Positions 12,022 through 25,406 of a stretch of DNA of 64,000 bases are shown one piece after another. The stretch spans positions 88,352,001 to 88,416,000 of the forward strand of contig NC_087437.1 of NCBI RefSeq assembly GCF_036321535.1. The letters are read 5' to 3'. The translations under genes and the position numbers were made by a program. The first letter of the stretch is position 1, and each line of letters opens with the position of its first letter. The DNA is from Camelus dromedarius (Eukaryota). The notes below the pieces were generated by a model. It had not been told where the DNA came from. It was given only the letters and a program-made list of their open reading frames with translations, and made no database searches.

Positions 12022-12365
12022 TTCCCTGGATTCTGGTTGAAAGGTACATTATTATGGAACTTCAATAAAGCTACTTCTGCTTTGCTGTTAGTTTGGCAAG
12101 GTATGTCTTGGTTGGGGGCCTTCTCTTCATATTGTGTGTATGTGTGTATTTCAGCTTTTGTCCTCTGAAACTGCTTCTCAAATGGTAATACACAGACCAT
12201 TAGCCGGCTGATGAACTGTCACCTGTTCACAATGGGATATGGCATTTGTGTTAGAGGTAAACCAAACATATTACTGAACACTGCTGATTTTTTTAATAGT
12301 AAGAATTTCTCAAAGAAGAAAGCAGTGCATTGATTTCCATTCTGATAATGATTATGGACCCACAC
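12022..12365 (-). pseudogene. Pseudo-exon, start of last shared RGS-like domain
   Basis: ORFs 12219..12410 and 11997..12200 share a frame and are separated by one TGA (TGG, Trp, expected). R*QFISRL...EIHTYTQYE...EVALLK resembles RGSL1 GWMRMISF...EFEDYLHQE...EITLVK. The acceptor AG appears lost. Confidence 0.62.
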
Positions 12366-12384
12366 GTGGAATAGCAGGAAAAAA

Positions 12385-12780
12385 AAGCAGAAGCTGAGGC
12401 AGGGATACAAGTTTCATACTTTACTTGAGAAAAAGACATCCAAGAAAGTGGGGGTTAATATAAAAGGGAAGTGAGGCAAAGACAGAAGCAATATAATGTG
12501 AGACATTACTCCTTTTGGCACTTTCACAAAAAGCCGCAAAGAGACGGGCAGGTCACCTAGCAGGCACAGTCACTTGGTCCACCGTATTTTCCTAGAAGAT
12601 TTACAAGGAGGTACTGCCCCTTGAAGAACCCTACTAGGGAAAGAATTGGAAAGATTTATCTTCCCAGGTTTTTTCCAACTTTGGTTAACCAGAATTTACT
12701 CTGTGGAGAACTAACTCCTCTGCCCTTCCATTCTGTTTCATTCATTCTCTTGGAGGCCATGCAGGAAGCTCCCCCAAAGG
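12385..12780 (-). mobile_element. ERVL LTR (LTR16/LTR33-like) fragment
   Basis: aagcagaagctgaggcaggga...tttacttgaga matches the antisense end of this group. Confidence 0.45.
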
Positions 12781-13156
12781 TTTGTATCCAAACCAATTTG
12801 TGTGTGCATGTGCTTATTTGAATGCATGTATGTGCATGCATACATGTATGCCTTTGAGCTTATGTAAAAAAATTTTCATCTGCTAAAATCAGAATTCAGA
12901 GAGTAGTTTGCCCTATAGTATGACCTCTAAAACGTCATTACAAAGTTATTCACAATAGTAGTTCACATTTTTTATACCTCTTATAGAAGGGTGGGGAAAC
13001 AGATTTTACAAATTTTTATTGAAATGAACTTTGACTATGGAAGAACATTGAGAGAAATAGCCTCTAACATCATTACTAAGCTTCTCAGAATTTCTTCAGT
13101 ATTAATAATAACAAAGTTTTGAGTCAAGTATGTTATATATAAAATTTTTACTTGAG

Positions 13157-13593
13157 TGTGGTAGGGGACACTGTTGGTGCCCCATCCAGATCCACAGTAT
13201 CAGACAGGAACACCCATCCATCAGCTGTCAGGAATGTTGGGTGCTAATGACTCACAGCTTCTGCCTTCTCTAGAGAATTGCTCTTGGTCGAATGGGAGCT
13301 TCCTTGCCCAGGAGGTGATGTGCCCTTCCATGCAACCAGTGACTGACATGGAGATAGAGAAGGCAGGTCCTTGGCCTCAAGGTGGGCTGGATTCTGTGTC
13401 ATAATTCATGCTCCAGAGGCTACGTGGGATCAGGCAGAAGCTGGTCTTAGGATGAAAGTTCATCCATGCTCAGCTCCTTCCCCAGCTGTCTCTGCTTCCT
13501 TCGGTCTCTTTCTCCTGAGAGCACTGCCACCCTCAATCATGAATGCTCAAATCTCTGTCTCAGGTTCGGTCTCTAGGGAAATTAACATAAGAC
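13157..13593 (+). mobile_element. LTR16-family ERVL solo LTR
   Basis: tgtggtag...ggtgccccatccagatcc start and ...tctagggaaattaacataagaca end. Confidence 0.78.
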
Positions 13594-14099
13594 AGGCCGT
13601 TGGAAGCACTGATTGAGAGAATTTTTGAAAGGAATCACTAGAAGTGGGTTATTGACTGAATGCTGATAAGTGGACTGATTTATAAATGACTCTAAAGTAA
13701 CAAGAAAGTGTTTATGAGGCTTCTATGGAGAAAGACATTAGAAAAGAGGATAGATGACAATTTTAGATATCCTGCATTTGAAATAATGAGGAATCAAATG
13801 GAAAAGGTTGAACAGAATGTTTAGCATTTAGATTTCCAGAACTGCAGTTTGGATCAGTAAATAGGACTGAGGGTCATCAGCAAGGACGTGACTTTTGAAG
13901 ACATAAAAATGTACGAGTCTAAAAGGAAAAATCTTAAAGAAAGAACAGAGGGCAAGTGGATGTGCCTTTACAAACAAGAAAATGGCAAATGTTTTTCTTA
14001 AAGGAATTCTTGTGAAATCCCTATCTGTTCTTCAGGTTGTGAGCTTTATTTGAACTTTTGAATTGGAAGTCCATGCACTTATATAAAGTCTACTTTTTA

Positions 14100-14465
14100 T
14101 TTGTAAAATAAACTTAAGCTCAGCTTTTAAGTCCATGTAACACCGTGAGGCTAAGTCCTGTATTGATCATAGAGCCTTGAAAGTATTTTAAACATAAGGT
14201 TTAAGTTTTAAATCTTTTGTAAGCTGTTCAATTTCAGCATTTGTTTCTCAAATGCAATATTACTGCTTTTGAGATTCAGCTGATTGGATGAAAGAGCAGG
14301 TAGATACGAGATGAGTCTCCCTGGCATCATCCACTTTATTAAGCAGTGCTCACAGCACAGCCTGCTTCCAAAACACCACAGAATTACACCAAAATGTCCA
14401 CCCTGGGCAAAATGTTTTGATCTTTTGTCAAGGTCTGCTTGAATGTTAAATATATACTTATTTTT
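14100..14465 (-). pseudogene. Pseudo-exon, near-complete RGS-like domain (may extend to ~13970)
   Basis: Acceptor gtttttattttag. ILPRVDILV*FCGVLE...(fs)LLNKVDDARETHLVSTCSFIQSA...LTKDLKLKPYV*NTFKAL*SIQDL resembles RGSL1 VLLNTQHLEFFREFLK...FLTAVQKISIETNEKICKSLIENV...IIKEIASMRHVTTSTLLTLQGH. Confidence 0.65.
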
Positions 14466-16239
14466 CTAAAATAAAAACTCAATACTCTGTGTTTTATGTC
14501 TCTTCTTACAGAAAAAGTTGCTTATTATGTGTCATTTCTTTAACATCTTAAAATAGTTCTTCTCAGAGTTCCCATTTCTGTATCTCAGGCGTGGATAGTA
14601 GTGCTTTTTAAATAATACATAATAAAATGAACAAGCATAGCTTGTTATAAGAATAAATGTGAAATTAGGGTGTAATCATTGGATTCCTCTGTGGTAATAA
14701 TGTATGGTATACATTATTAAATTTATTAAGTAATTTGACAAAAGTTTGCTGGGCACTGTACTATCAAGTGACATGCTTGGTAAATAGAAGAGTCGTGGTA
14801 ATAAAGCACTGTGGTCTTTACATGAATTTTTAATTAGATCTCAAAGTAAATATGAGAGCCAAGGAGTTACTAACACTACAATTCAGTCAAGCAAGGGAAA
14901 ATCTGAATTATGGGAAGTTCAAATCCAGACCCTCATATTTTCCTTATATTTTGTTGATTCTTGTTTGTTAGTCACACAAGGAAATCTTCCTAATAGAATA
15001 AAGTTGTTAGGTGAACGAATTGCATACACTCCTCTTTCTTTGTCGTAGATGAATAGATGGAAATCAGTTACAGATTGTTGTTGTCGTTCTGAGGACTAAG
15101 AGAACAGAACCACAGTTAGAATGGGGAATATGTAATGAACACTTGAATGTGGCAAAAAGAAAAAAAGAAATGTGATATAATACAGTATATAGTTTTTAGT
15201 CTTCATTAATCATTGTTGCAGCTTATGTGAACTAATAAAACGGCTAGCAAAATTACAAGTTTAGGATGAAATGTATTCTGGAGCCACATTATGTAATCGT
15301 ATCTACTCTCAGTTAAATAGACTTGGAAAGAGAAAAATACTCAATGTAATACCTGGAAGCCAACTTGGCCATTGGCTTTTTTACCCTGGAGCACAGGGCA
15401 AACTATGTCAACAAGTTGGCACCATTTTATCTTTCCCTTTGAGAGGTATTTAGGTCTTTTTATTCTGCCTCTTTGGTTTCTCCAGCCAAAGAAGAGTCTT
15501 AGTTTAAGTGTGCATAAGTGAAGACATTTGATCAGGAAGAATTTACATACATAAAGAAACTAACATCTCATTATCAGCAAATGTAACAAAGTAGTTGTTA
15601 ATTTTTAAATTATAGCCCAAAACATGAATAAACATTCACTTGGATTGTGAACACATTTTTTATTATGCATTGTTTCCCTATAGATTTAAAAATATACTCC
15701 AGATCAATACGTCAATATTTTAGACTAAATATAATTGTCTGCTTAGAACATTTTGAACTTATTTGAAGAAAACATACACAGATACACATACTATTCATTT
15801 TTCTAATACATATACAATACTATATCTTACTTAAAATACCATTTAGTGTTGGTTTTCAAATGACTCTCTGAAGAACAAAATATTCTCTCATTTATTAAAC
15901 TATTGCTTCCCCAAATTTGGTTTGTAAAGATGAAAAATGTTTCACAAACAATATAACAATTTGTTCTGTAACAGCTTTCATGTTAATTCTATAATTATGG
16001 AAAGTTTTAAAAGCCGATTTTTGGGGGGGTCATTATGTGTAATATAGCAATGATTAGTCAGGAATAAATACTGAAACAGACTTTATTGCTAAATATGTTG
16101 AATAGAATGGATATCAAAGCCTTTCTACATCACAGAAACTGCTATACAATTTTCAAACTGGTGATTGTTTGGTTTTGAAAAAATTAAAAAACAAAACCCA
16201 AAACTGTTATGTGGGAAATGATATAGAAATAATAGAAAG

Positions 16240-16410
16240 TTTCCTGAACTGAAAGTGAAGAACCTGATTTCTATTCTTAATTTTAACCAACTTTGTGTCC
16301 TTAAGTATATCACAGTGTCTTAGAATTTCAGTTCCATTATGTATCAAATGAAGGAGTTGGACTAAATGAGGTCCACAGACACTTCTGCCTCTAAAATTTA
16401 ATGATGTTGA
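16240..16410 (+). mobile_element. MIR fragment
   Basis: tgtgtccttaagt...tcagttcc...ttggactaaatg MIR core-like sequence. Confidence 0.55.
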
Positions 16411-16824
16411 CAAGCGGTTTTTAAGAAGTTATTTCCAAATTTTCTCTGATATAACTTCTTTATGACTTGGAAAAACCAAGTCAATAGTATTCAATAAATA
16501 AACAGCAACAATAAGAAAGGAAAAAACAACTCAAATTGATGCTAACAGCTAGCCATGGGACATGGTGGGATAGAGGAATGTTGTCTACATATAGTCATCC
16601 CCAGTCTGAGAAATCAATTGACGATAATACAGTAGGCGTTTGCGTTCTGATATGTATATGTGTTGAAGGTGAGAGGAACGGAAATGTTGACCACAGTCTC
16701 CACCATAGGAAGATTATGGGATCAGCCTTTAACTCCTACTACAGAGAGACACACATGAATGATTAATTCTTCTGAATTTATTCTAGTTTAATCTCCCAAA
16801 TGATGATGCTGGTATACTTGTTAC

Positions 16825-17127
16825 TTGAAGGTTAAATTTACATGTCAGCATTTCCAGAGATCGAGATGCCGTTTCTCTCTCTGCTAAATGTCTATGCATC
16901 CTATAGCACACAGTTTTCAATATATGACCTTGGGGTAGGATACTCTTATTCCAAATTCCATTTTTCTTTAATAAAATGGTGATCCAATAAATTAGTCTGT
17001 TTCCAAACAATTTCTTTTCCCCAGAGCAAATCTTTTTGTATGCTGGTTAATTAAATGGATTTACTAAGTTTGATCAGTGGTTTATGTGTCTGATTTTGCT
17101 TTAATGTTACAGTTTTGCCAGTTTTCA
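16825..17127 (-). pseudogene. Pseudo-exon, inter-domain region
   Basis: Acceptor tctgttcttttctgtcttacaag. KLSKSI*LTSIQKDLLWGKEIVWKQTNLLDHHFIKEKWNLE*EYPTP aligns to RGSL1 RIQQSLELSQALADMKEMDYRQWRKIATEDLKQGGSLQVELTSP with one 3-aa gap. Confidence 0.7.
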
Positions 17128-19363
17128 CTTGTAAGACAGAAAAGAACAGATGTAAAGTTTGTGGGGAAAGCTAATATTTTTATTAACTTGTGCTTTTGAT
17201 TATGTACTTGCCTAAGTATGAGATTAAACCATGAATTATCAAGTCATACAAGAAGACAATCCTCATAGCACAGAGAACTTGGTTTAACCAGAGTTAAGTC
17301 AAGGATGACAGAAATAGTCAGAAAACCTTGACCCAGTGAGTCAGAGAGCTGCACAGGAGAAATGGGAACTTAGAGGCTGGTGACAATAAAGTCTCTCTCC
17401 ATTGATTCTAATTTTCAGCTCACTTAGTTGTAAAAGTTTGTCTTCTTTGGCAACAAGAAAAAAGCAAATAAAAAGCAAAGGCCAGGAGCTGGTTCCAGGA
17501 TCTATCTTTTGACTACCTCATTCTTTTGAAATTACTTTGGCCTAACCAGAAACCCAACTGAGAGCATTTTCTATGTGCTGTGAGGTTAAGACCAGCTACA
17601 TTCTTGATGTTTGAAAGAATTGCCTACTTCAAGGGAAATTGTTCATCCTGTATATTTATGACTTTTGATACAAATGGAAACTCATTATTGACCATAGAAT
17701 CAACATAAATTGTTTGCTTGCTTAGAAAATGTGGTTTACTAAAGGACTGAAAAAAATGACTTGCTAACTAGACATGGCTGAAAGCTGTTTTTATTGTCTT
17801 GTGGGCGATGACCTATAGTTAGGACTTCCCTAAGTAGATGGTGAAGTGGAATCTGAGCAGAAAGGATTTAAGTGCCTCACTGAAGAATTTTTAGGACAGA
17901 AGTATGACTTAACCAAGGTCATAACATATATGGTGTTATTATTATTTTTTATTTTGGTTTACATGAAGTATCTAAAATTCATAAACTCAAGGATTTTCTT
18001 TGAAAACTTAATAATTATTAACATCTTTGCAATTAGGAAAGCTGAATTTTAAAGTAATAAAACGTGAAGCCAAATTTCATTCATCATGCCTTTTATATCC
18101 CTTAGAATGGCATGTAATGAATCAGTGGTCTAGTATAACATATGAGAATATGAAAGTTTTTCCTCTACATGAAGAGCAATATATGCACTCATAAAAGAGA
18201 TTTATTATACTAATTTTCCTTAAATTACTATAATAGTGTTATCAAGCATATGACTGATAAGATACCACAGTTAATCTAGCTTTAGTTTCAAAAGTGCCAA
18301 GAGCATACCAAATTATCTCGGCAAGTTGGATGAATATCTTTCACCTTAGATTCTATTTCAACATTTAATTAGAAAATGTTATCTAAAAAGCAACTATCAG
18401 TTTTATCTGGTACTTTCTAAAGTGAATTTATAAGTCATGCATAAAAATGGGATAGTGAGGGAAAATGGTAGGTGAGCTCACAGCTGGGCAAGGAGGAACT
18501 CCTGAAATTTCTAAACTCAAAAAGGAAAAAAAAAATAAGTTTTTATTAAGGCCATGATGACCTAACCTCGGCAGAAATGGAGTCTTAAAACATTCTATTT
18601 TCCATTGAAACTAAATATAGGGAAGCTATCTAGGGAAAGGCGATTTGAACATCTTGACTTTTCCTGCTTTCCAACAGTTTCATGTTTCTTTATGTTACTG
18701 CAATGTCAGCTTGCTGAGGGCTCATGTATTTCACTTAGGAAATCTTACTTTCAGTAAGGACTAAGAGAGTGTCCAGTAACATTTATTCTCCTGATATTTA
18801 GAGGGAAAGTTCTTACATTTTAAAAAAAAATTTCAAAAATATCCTTTCCATTGTAATTTTATTAACTCCTAATAGAGGAACAATCGATTAAACAAATGTA
18901 AAAAAAATATCAAATTGAGTGACTAATAACTTTGTCCTTTCCTTTGCTTTAAATCTCAGTCCAGCTCTGTAGTTGCAAGTGGGAGCTCATATTTGCTTTT
19001 GCACTGATTCAAGTTATTCTCTTTTCTGTAAGCCCCAACAAACCTGTGCAGTTCTGGCTTTGTATTTATAATTTACCAGTGCATTCTTGTATGGGACTAA
19101 AGTAATAATAGCTCAAGAGTATTTTCTGCTTGATAATGTGATATTTCTGAAAGCTATTGGTTGCTTAGTTTAGTATAAATATTTATTGCCCTCTTCCAAT
19201 TAAACAACTATATAGATCCCGAAGTTTATAATCAATCATATAAAGGAATAACTAGTGTAGTATCAATGGGAAAAGTAATTTTTTTCCACCAAATATATTT
19301 TTGAGCAACTGATATATGCCAAGCACTGTTACAGGTACTAGAGATAAATTAGCAAACAAAAAT

Positions 19364-19685
19364 GATACTAATTTTATTTACAAACCAAAAATAGACTCTC
19401 AGATATAGAAAACAAACTGTGGTTATCATAAGGGGACAGGGCAAGGAAGAGCTAAATTAGAAGTTTGGAATTAACAGATACACATTACAATATATAAAAA
19501 GATAACAAGCACCTACTGTATAGCACAAGGAACTATATTCAATTTCTTTTAATAGCATATAATGGAAAAAAATCTGAAAAAAAATGTGTATGTATATGTA
19601 TAACTGAATTCTTTGCTGTACACCTGGAACTAACATTGTAAATCAACTACACTCCAATAAATATCAAAATTAAAAAAATAAAAAA
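19364..19685 (+). mobile_element. L1 3' UTR fragment with A-rich tail
   Basis: ctactgtatagcacaaggaactatattcaa...ctgtacacctggaactaacattgtaaatcaactac. Confidence 0.85.
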
Positions 19686-20237
19686 CAAATACTCAAACAT
19701 ACATAAATGTACAAATTTAAAACAAAATATTAGTATTATGGCTGAGATTCTGTTGAATATTTCTATACCTAATTCTAAATTGTCCCTGTGTTTAAAGATG
19801 ATGAAACAACTAATAAACTATTATGCTAAACAAACAAAAAAAATTAGCAAATAGTACAGACCAAAAAATTTACCAAGGACACATGTATCTTACAAAGTTA
19901 CATGTATAGGGGGTACACATACATTACTCACAGTGGGCTCTGTCCAACCCTACCTCCTCCTAAAATATGCATATTGGATTAGGGATCTTTCTTCCCAGAT
20001 CTCAAGGCAGTTTGGAATCTTCTCATTGCACTTATTAAATTGGACTAAATTTGTTGATGTCTTCTACACTAGGCTTTGTGGGAAAGAATCCTTTCTTATT
20101 CATCTCTGTCTCCACTGCTTAGTGCAGCACTTAAACAAAGTGAAGGGTTCCAGAATTTATTTTCAATTTATGGACTCTGAACTCAGGAAAGTCTGTCTGT
20201 GTTAAAATTTAGATAGCTCCATGTATTAATTAAATGA

Positions 20238-21084
20238 GTTTTTTTAAATTGTAGTATAGTTACAATGTTGTGCCAATTTCTGGTTTACAGCAAAATGTTT
20301 CAGTCATACATGTACATATACATAGTCATTTTCATATTCTTTTTCATTATAGGTTACTACAAGATATTGACTATAGTTCCCTGTGCTATACAGTATAAAC
20401 TCGTTGCTTTTTTTTATATATAGTAGTTAGTATCTGCAAATCTCAAACTTCTAATTTATCCCTTCCATCCCTTTTCCCTCCCTGGTAACCATAAGTTGTT
20501 TTTTTTTTTTTCCTATATCTGTGAGTCTGTTTCTGTTTTGTAAATAAGTTCATTTATGTCTTTTTTTTTTAGAGTCCACATATGAGTGATATCATATGGT
20601 ATTTTTCTTTCTCTTTCTGGCTTACTTCACTTAGAATGACAATCTCCAGGTCCATCCATTTTGCTGCAAATAGCATTATTTTATTATTTTTTATGGCTGA
20701 GTAGTGTTCCATTGTATAATACACAATTTCTTTATCCTGTCATCTGCTCATGGACACTTAGGTTGCTTCCATGTCTTGGCTGTTGTAAATAGTGCTGTTA
20801 TGAACATTGGGGTTCATGCATCTTTTTGAATCAGAGTTTTCATCTTTTCCAGAGATATGCCCAGGAATGGGTTTATTAGATCAAATAGTAACTCTATTTC
20901 TAGTTCTTTAAGGAACCTCCATACTGTTTTCCATAGTAGCTGAACCAATTTACATTCCCACCAGTGTAGGAGGCTTCCCTTTTCTCCAGACCCTCTCCAA
21001 CATTTATCATTTGTGGACTTTTTAATGATGGCCATTACCTCATTGTAGTTTTGATTTGCATTTCTCTGATAATTAGCGATATTG
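20238..21084 (-). mobile_element. L1 3' end (ORF2 C-terminus plus 3' UTR)
   Basis: Poly-T start. Translation [43 protein letters not shown] is the L1 ORF2 C-terminal Cys-rich region. Confidence 0.93.
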
Positions 21085-21420
21085 AGAAAAAGATCATACA
21101 CTATGATCAAGTTGGGTTCATCCCAGGGACACAAGGATGTTTCAACATATGCAAATCAATCAATGTGATACACCACATCAACAAAAGAAAGGACAAAAAT
21201 CACACGATCATCTCAATAGATGCTGAAAAAGCATTTAATAAAATTCAGCACCCATTTATGATAAAAAACAAACTCTTACCAAAATGGATAGAGGGACTCT
21301 ATCTCAACATAATAAAAGCTGTTTGTGACAAACCCATGGCCAAGATAATACTCAATGGTGAAAAGTTGAAAGCCTTCCAGCTAAAATCTGGAACAAGACA
21401 AAGATGCCCACTCTCACTAC
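21085..21420 (+). mobile_element. Inverted L1 ORF2 reverse-transcriptase fragment
   Basis: [30 protein letters not shown]...[19 protein letters not shown]...[10 protein letters not shown]. Confidence 0.95.
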
Positions 21421-21480
21421 TCTGTAATATTTTAATTGAATGGATGAAACTACTCTGTAATATTTTAATTGAATGGATGA
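21416..21480. repeat. Perfect 32-bp tandem duplication (period 33)
   Basis: ACTACTCTGTAATATTTTAATTGAATGGATGA at 21416-21447 and 21449-21480. Confidence 0.95.
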
Positions 21481-22749
21481 TCTCATTTGCTTTCCAGTCA
21501 TTGCTGCCATGTGAAGCAGTCTAATATTCATTCTTTTAATTTAGGGAGAATTCCTATTATAGAATTAATATGAGATATTCTCTTTATGACTTCTTAGAGA
21601 ATATCAATAATATTGATGCATGTCATTAATCTTATTACTACATATTTTATGAGCTATTAGTAATAACTAACTTTTAACTAAGCTAGATATTTCTTTGATT
21701 ACCCTAACAATTCAAATCTACCTTCTTATATTTGTAATATTGAAAACATGGAAAATTAAGTTAGTTAATAAAGACTATAAGCTAAGAGAAATGTAAAATA
21801 TCAATAAACATTTTAGACTCTGTGCTTAATGAAATGAGTGAAGTAAAACTGCAATGACTTATGTAATATTTACCTGTTACTATAAAATGGAAGATCATCG
21901 TGTAGTGAGTTACAGTATTCTCTTGCACGGGCTTGCATTTTCATGTAATGGGAGTTTCAGATTCTCTTATAATTTATATTAAGCAGAAAAGATAAAAGTA
22001 AATTAGTAAAATATCCTAAAACATTAAGGTAAAGAACATTAAGCTAAGCAAACAATCTTCCAGGCAGCAAGCCTGAGGAAAAGAAAACTCATTTGAACTT
22101 CATTTTAAAGAGCGTCTGCTAACCTCAGATCCAACCACATAGAGAATTATGTTCTGTGCATGACTCAGGGAGCAACAGATGGAAGCATAAAACTAATTTT
22201 AGCTATCATTGGCTGGACCAGCACTAAGCCAATACTTGAAGTATGTTTTTTGTTAGTGATCCCTTTTTTCTTATTATTAGGCCCTTATTTTTATTCAGTT
22301 TCTATTGAAACCCCCTCTTCCCAAGGACTTGTGTTCTTTAATTTATCTAGCCTTTAATGTTTCCTACTTTTAACTCTCTTATTGCCTCATTTTAAAGGCA
22401 TTAGCAAACCAAAGCACACCAGAAGCAGATTTCCTGAAGAGTGACAGGGTGAGAAACACATTCCATGAGAATAATGAGGATGTTTGCTCTCAAGAAGAGG
22501 GAGAGAACTTGAAAACTGCCTGCAAGTAAACAGGGAGTTTGCACAGAAAAGGAGTAAGTGTGCTCTAAAGTGGTCCCTAAGGATGAGCTAGAATCAGGGT
22601 AAACAGTGTTAGAGAAAACCTACAGGTGAACTATATCATGCTGTCGTACTGGGTGGGACTTAAGAAATATCTAATTATTTCTTGGAACTTTATTTTTGAA
22701 TATTTGAATCAAAATGACTGTGCTAAAGAAACTACTGTGTCCTCAATTT

Positions 22750-22940
22750 TTCCTCTTAGAGTTACTGTCTAGGTCTCTGCAATTGGGCAAGATATTCAAT
22801 CTTTAAAAAGTCTCATTTTCTCCATGTGTAAAATAGTGTAATAATAGTAGCTATATTATAAGATTGATCTGAGGAATAAAAGAGAACTTATGTACACTTC
22901 ATTGCACAGTGCATGGTACATAGTAACTACTCCGTAAGTA
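22750..22940 (+). mobile_element. MIR
   Basis: ttgggcaag...tctcattttctccatgtgtaaaatag...ataatagta core. Confidence 0.7.
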
Positions 22941-23949
22941 TTTTATTTATAATTATAGTTATGAAGTTTCTAAGCGTACATTCTTTTATACAGGTCTGAG
23001 ATAGAGCTAAACCTGATGACTAAGATTCCTTAAGGCACCTCATTATACAATGTCTATTAAGCTAAGCCTTCACAGTTTACAGGAACTGGAGACCAGAGCT
23101 TACAAAGATTTCAGTTAGAATCCTTGTTCTCTTGATCCTACTTTGCAAGGCTCAAGGCATCTTTCCATAAAATACAAATTTTCTAACATCTGATTATGTC
23201 TAAATTCAGAAATCTATATGCAAAATTTTTACCTTGTTTTGAATCTTCTATTAAAATCTAATATTGATATTAATATTCAATTGATTTTGACTTTAATATT
23301 CAATTCTAATATTGATTTTAATATTCAAATTATTGTGTATATGGAATTAAAAAGCTAACATATGGTATTTTCATTATTAGTTATATTACATAAATAGCAA
23401 CATCAACAAGGAAAAAATTCTAAAGTAAATTAAAATTAACTATAATTATGTGGATATGCAAATGTTTATCCATAAGAATGTTGAAAATATTAAAAGGGGA
23501 TGCTACAAAAATATGATGTGATAGCTAAAGTTGTATGTATTCAAGGAATCCAAAAATCAAAGAAGTAAATAATCCCAATATTATTAGTTCCTTTTTCAAA
23601 GTGTTTATGGCTTACAGTCATAAATAATGATCATATTATTTCGGGAAAACTCACTAAAACCTGAACTACTAGGCACATACTCCCAGGTGGGTTTTTGCCT
23701 CCTCTTGGGTTGGTCTCAATCTGCGGTAAGCAAATAGGTTAAAGGAAGAAATACAATGTCCTAAGAAGTCCTATATTTGAAAAAGGGTTCTTTTCCCATG
23801 CAAATAATTTGTTCTTTCATTTTACTGTAACTGATTTAAGTGTTCATAACATGGGAAAGTCTCATAATATTCAGAACAACTGAAAAAATACTGGGTACAT
23901 GTGATCTGAACCATTTATCTTAAATGTGGTATTAATCCTTCAAATAAAC

Positions 23950-23990
23950 ACTATCTATCTATTATCTATCTATCTGTCAATCAATCAATC
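23950..23990. repeat. (TATC)n/(TCAA)n microsatellite
   Basis: Directly visible. Confidence 0.8.
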
Positions 23991-24000
23991 ACTGCAGGAC

Positions 24001-25140
24001 ATTTATTTATTTATTTAATTGTGGTAAGAACACTTAACGTGAGATCTCCCCTCTTAACAGTTTTAAGTGCACAATACAGTAATGTTAACTATAGACACTA
24101 TGTGTACAGCAGATCCCTAGAGTTTATTTATCTTGCATGACTACTACTTTATACCCATCGAACAGTGACTTCTCCTTCCTCCCTCCTCTGCCCCAGGGCC
24201 TAGCAGTCACCATTCTACTCTCTGTTTCTATGAGTTTGAGTGCTTTAGATACCTCATATAAGTGGAAGTATGCATTATCTGAACATCGATAACTGGCTTA
24301 TTTCACTTGGTATAATGCACCCCAGTTTCATTCATGATTCACATTGCAGACTGTTTTTTTTCCCTAAGGTTGAACAATATTCAACTGCATGTATATACCA
24401 CATTTTTTTTGTTAACTCTTTTGTTGATAGACATTTAGGTAGTTTCTGTGTCTTGGCTATTATGAATAATCCTGCAATGAACGTTTGGTATATATCTCTT
24501 TGAGATTCTGATTACAATTCTTTTGGATATATACCCAGCAGTGGGATTGCTGTATCATGAGGCAGTTCTATATTTAATTTTCTGAGGAACCACCATATTA
24601 TTTTCCACTGCAGCTGCACTATTTTACATTTCCATCAATAGTGTGCAAGGGTCCCAATGTCTCCACATCTTCACTAACATGTATCTTTTTTTAAAATTAA
24701 TATCCATCTTAACACGTGTGAGGTGATATCTTATTGTGGCTTTGATTTGTATTTCCCTGATGACTGGTGAAGTTCAGCATCTGGCCGTTTGTATATCTTC
24801 TTTGGAGAAATGCCCATTCAGCCTTTTCCCCATTTTTTAATCTAGTTATTTGTGTTTTTGCTGTTGAGTTGTGAGAGCTCTTATTATATTTTGAATGTTA
24901 ATTACTCATCAGATATATTGTTTGCAAATGGTTTCTCCTATTTTGTGAGCTGCCTTTTCACTTTGTTGATCGTTACCTTTGCTGTGCAGATACTCTTTAG
25001 TTTGAAGTGGATCTACACTTTGCTTTTGATGTGTGTGCTTTCGGTGTCAAATGAAAAAGAATCGTTGTCAAACACATTGTCATAAAGCTTTTCTTCTAAG
25101 TTTTTTCTCTAGAAGTTTTATAGTTCCTGGGCTTATATTT
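24001..25140 (-). mobile_element. L1MA-like 3' fragment
   Basis: ttaattgtggtaagaacacttaac...gggattgctg...gctgtgcaga L1 antisense 3' UTR/ORF2 end. Confidence 0.88.
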
Positions 25141-25406
25141 AAATATTGAGTATACCTATACTAGATTCAGTGACATGAAAAGCCTTTTCCTAAGAAAATG
25201 AATAAATGTGATGCCTGACTAATAAGATTTTGATTGAAAAACATTCTGATCATCAATTATCTCTTGAATTAGATGTACTGATTTTTGTGTTAGTCACTAA
25301 AATGACACTTTAGGCTCTCTATTCTCTTACTCTTTCTACTTTCTACACTCTCTTCTTCCTGTCTACTTTGGTAATCATTTTTGGGGTGATTGCTTGTTCT
25401 AGTAAG

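Noticed and set aside
20814..21524. 106-aa and 157-aa ORFs as genes
   Set aside because: They are L1 ORF2 fragments.
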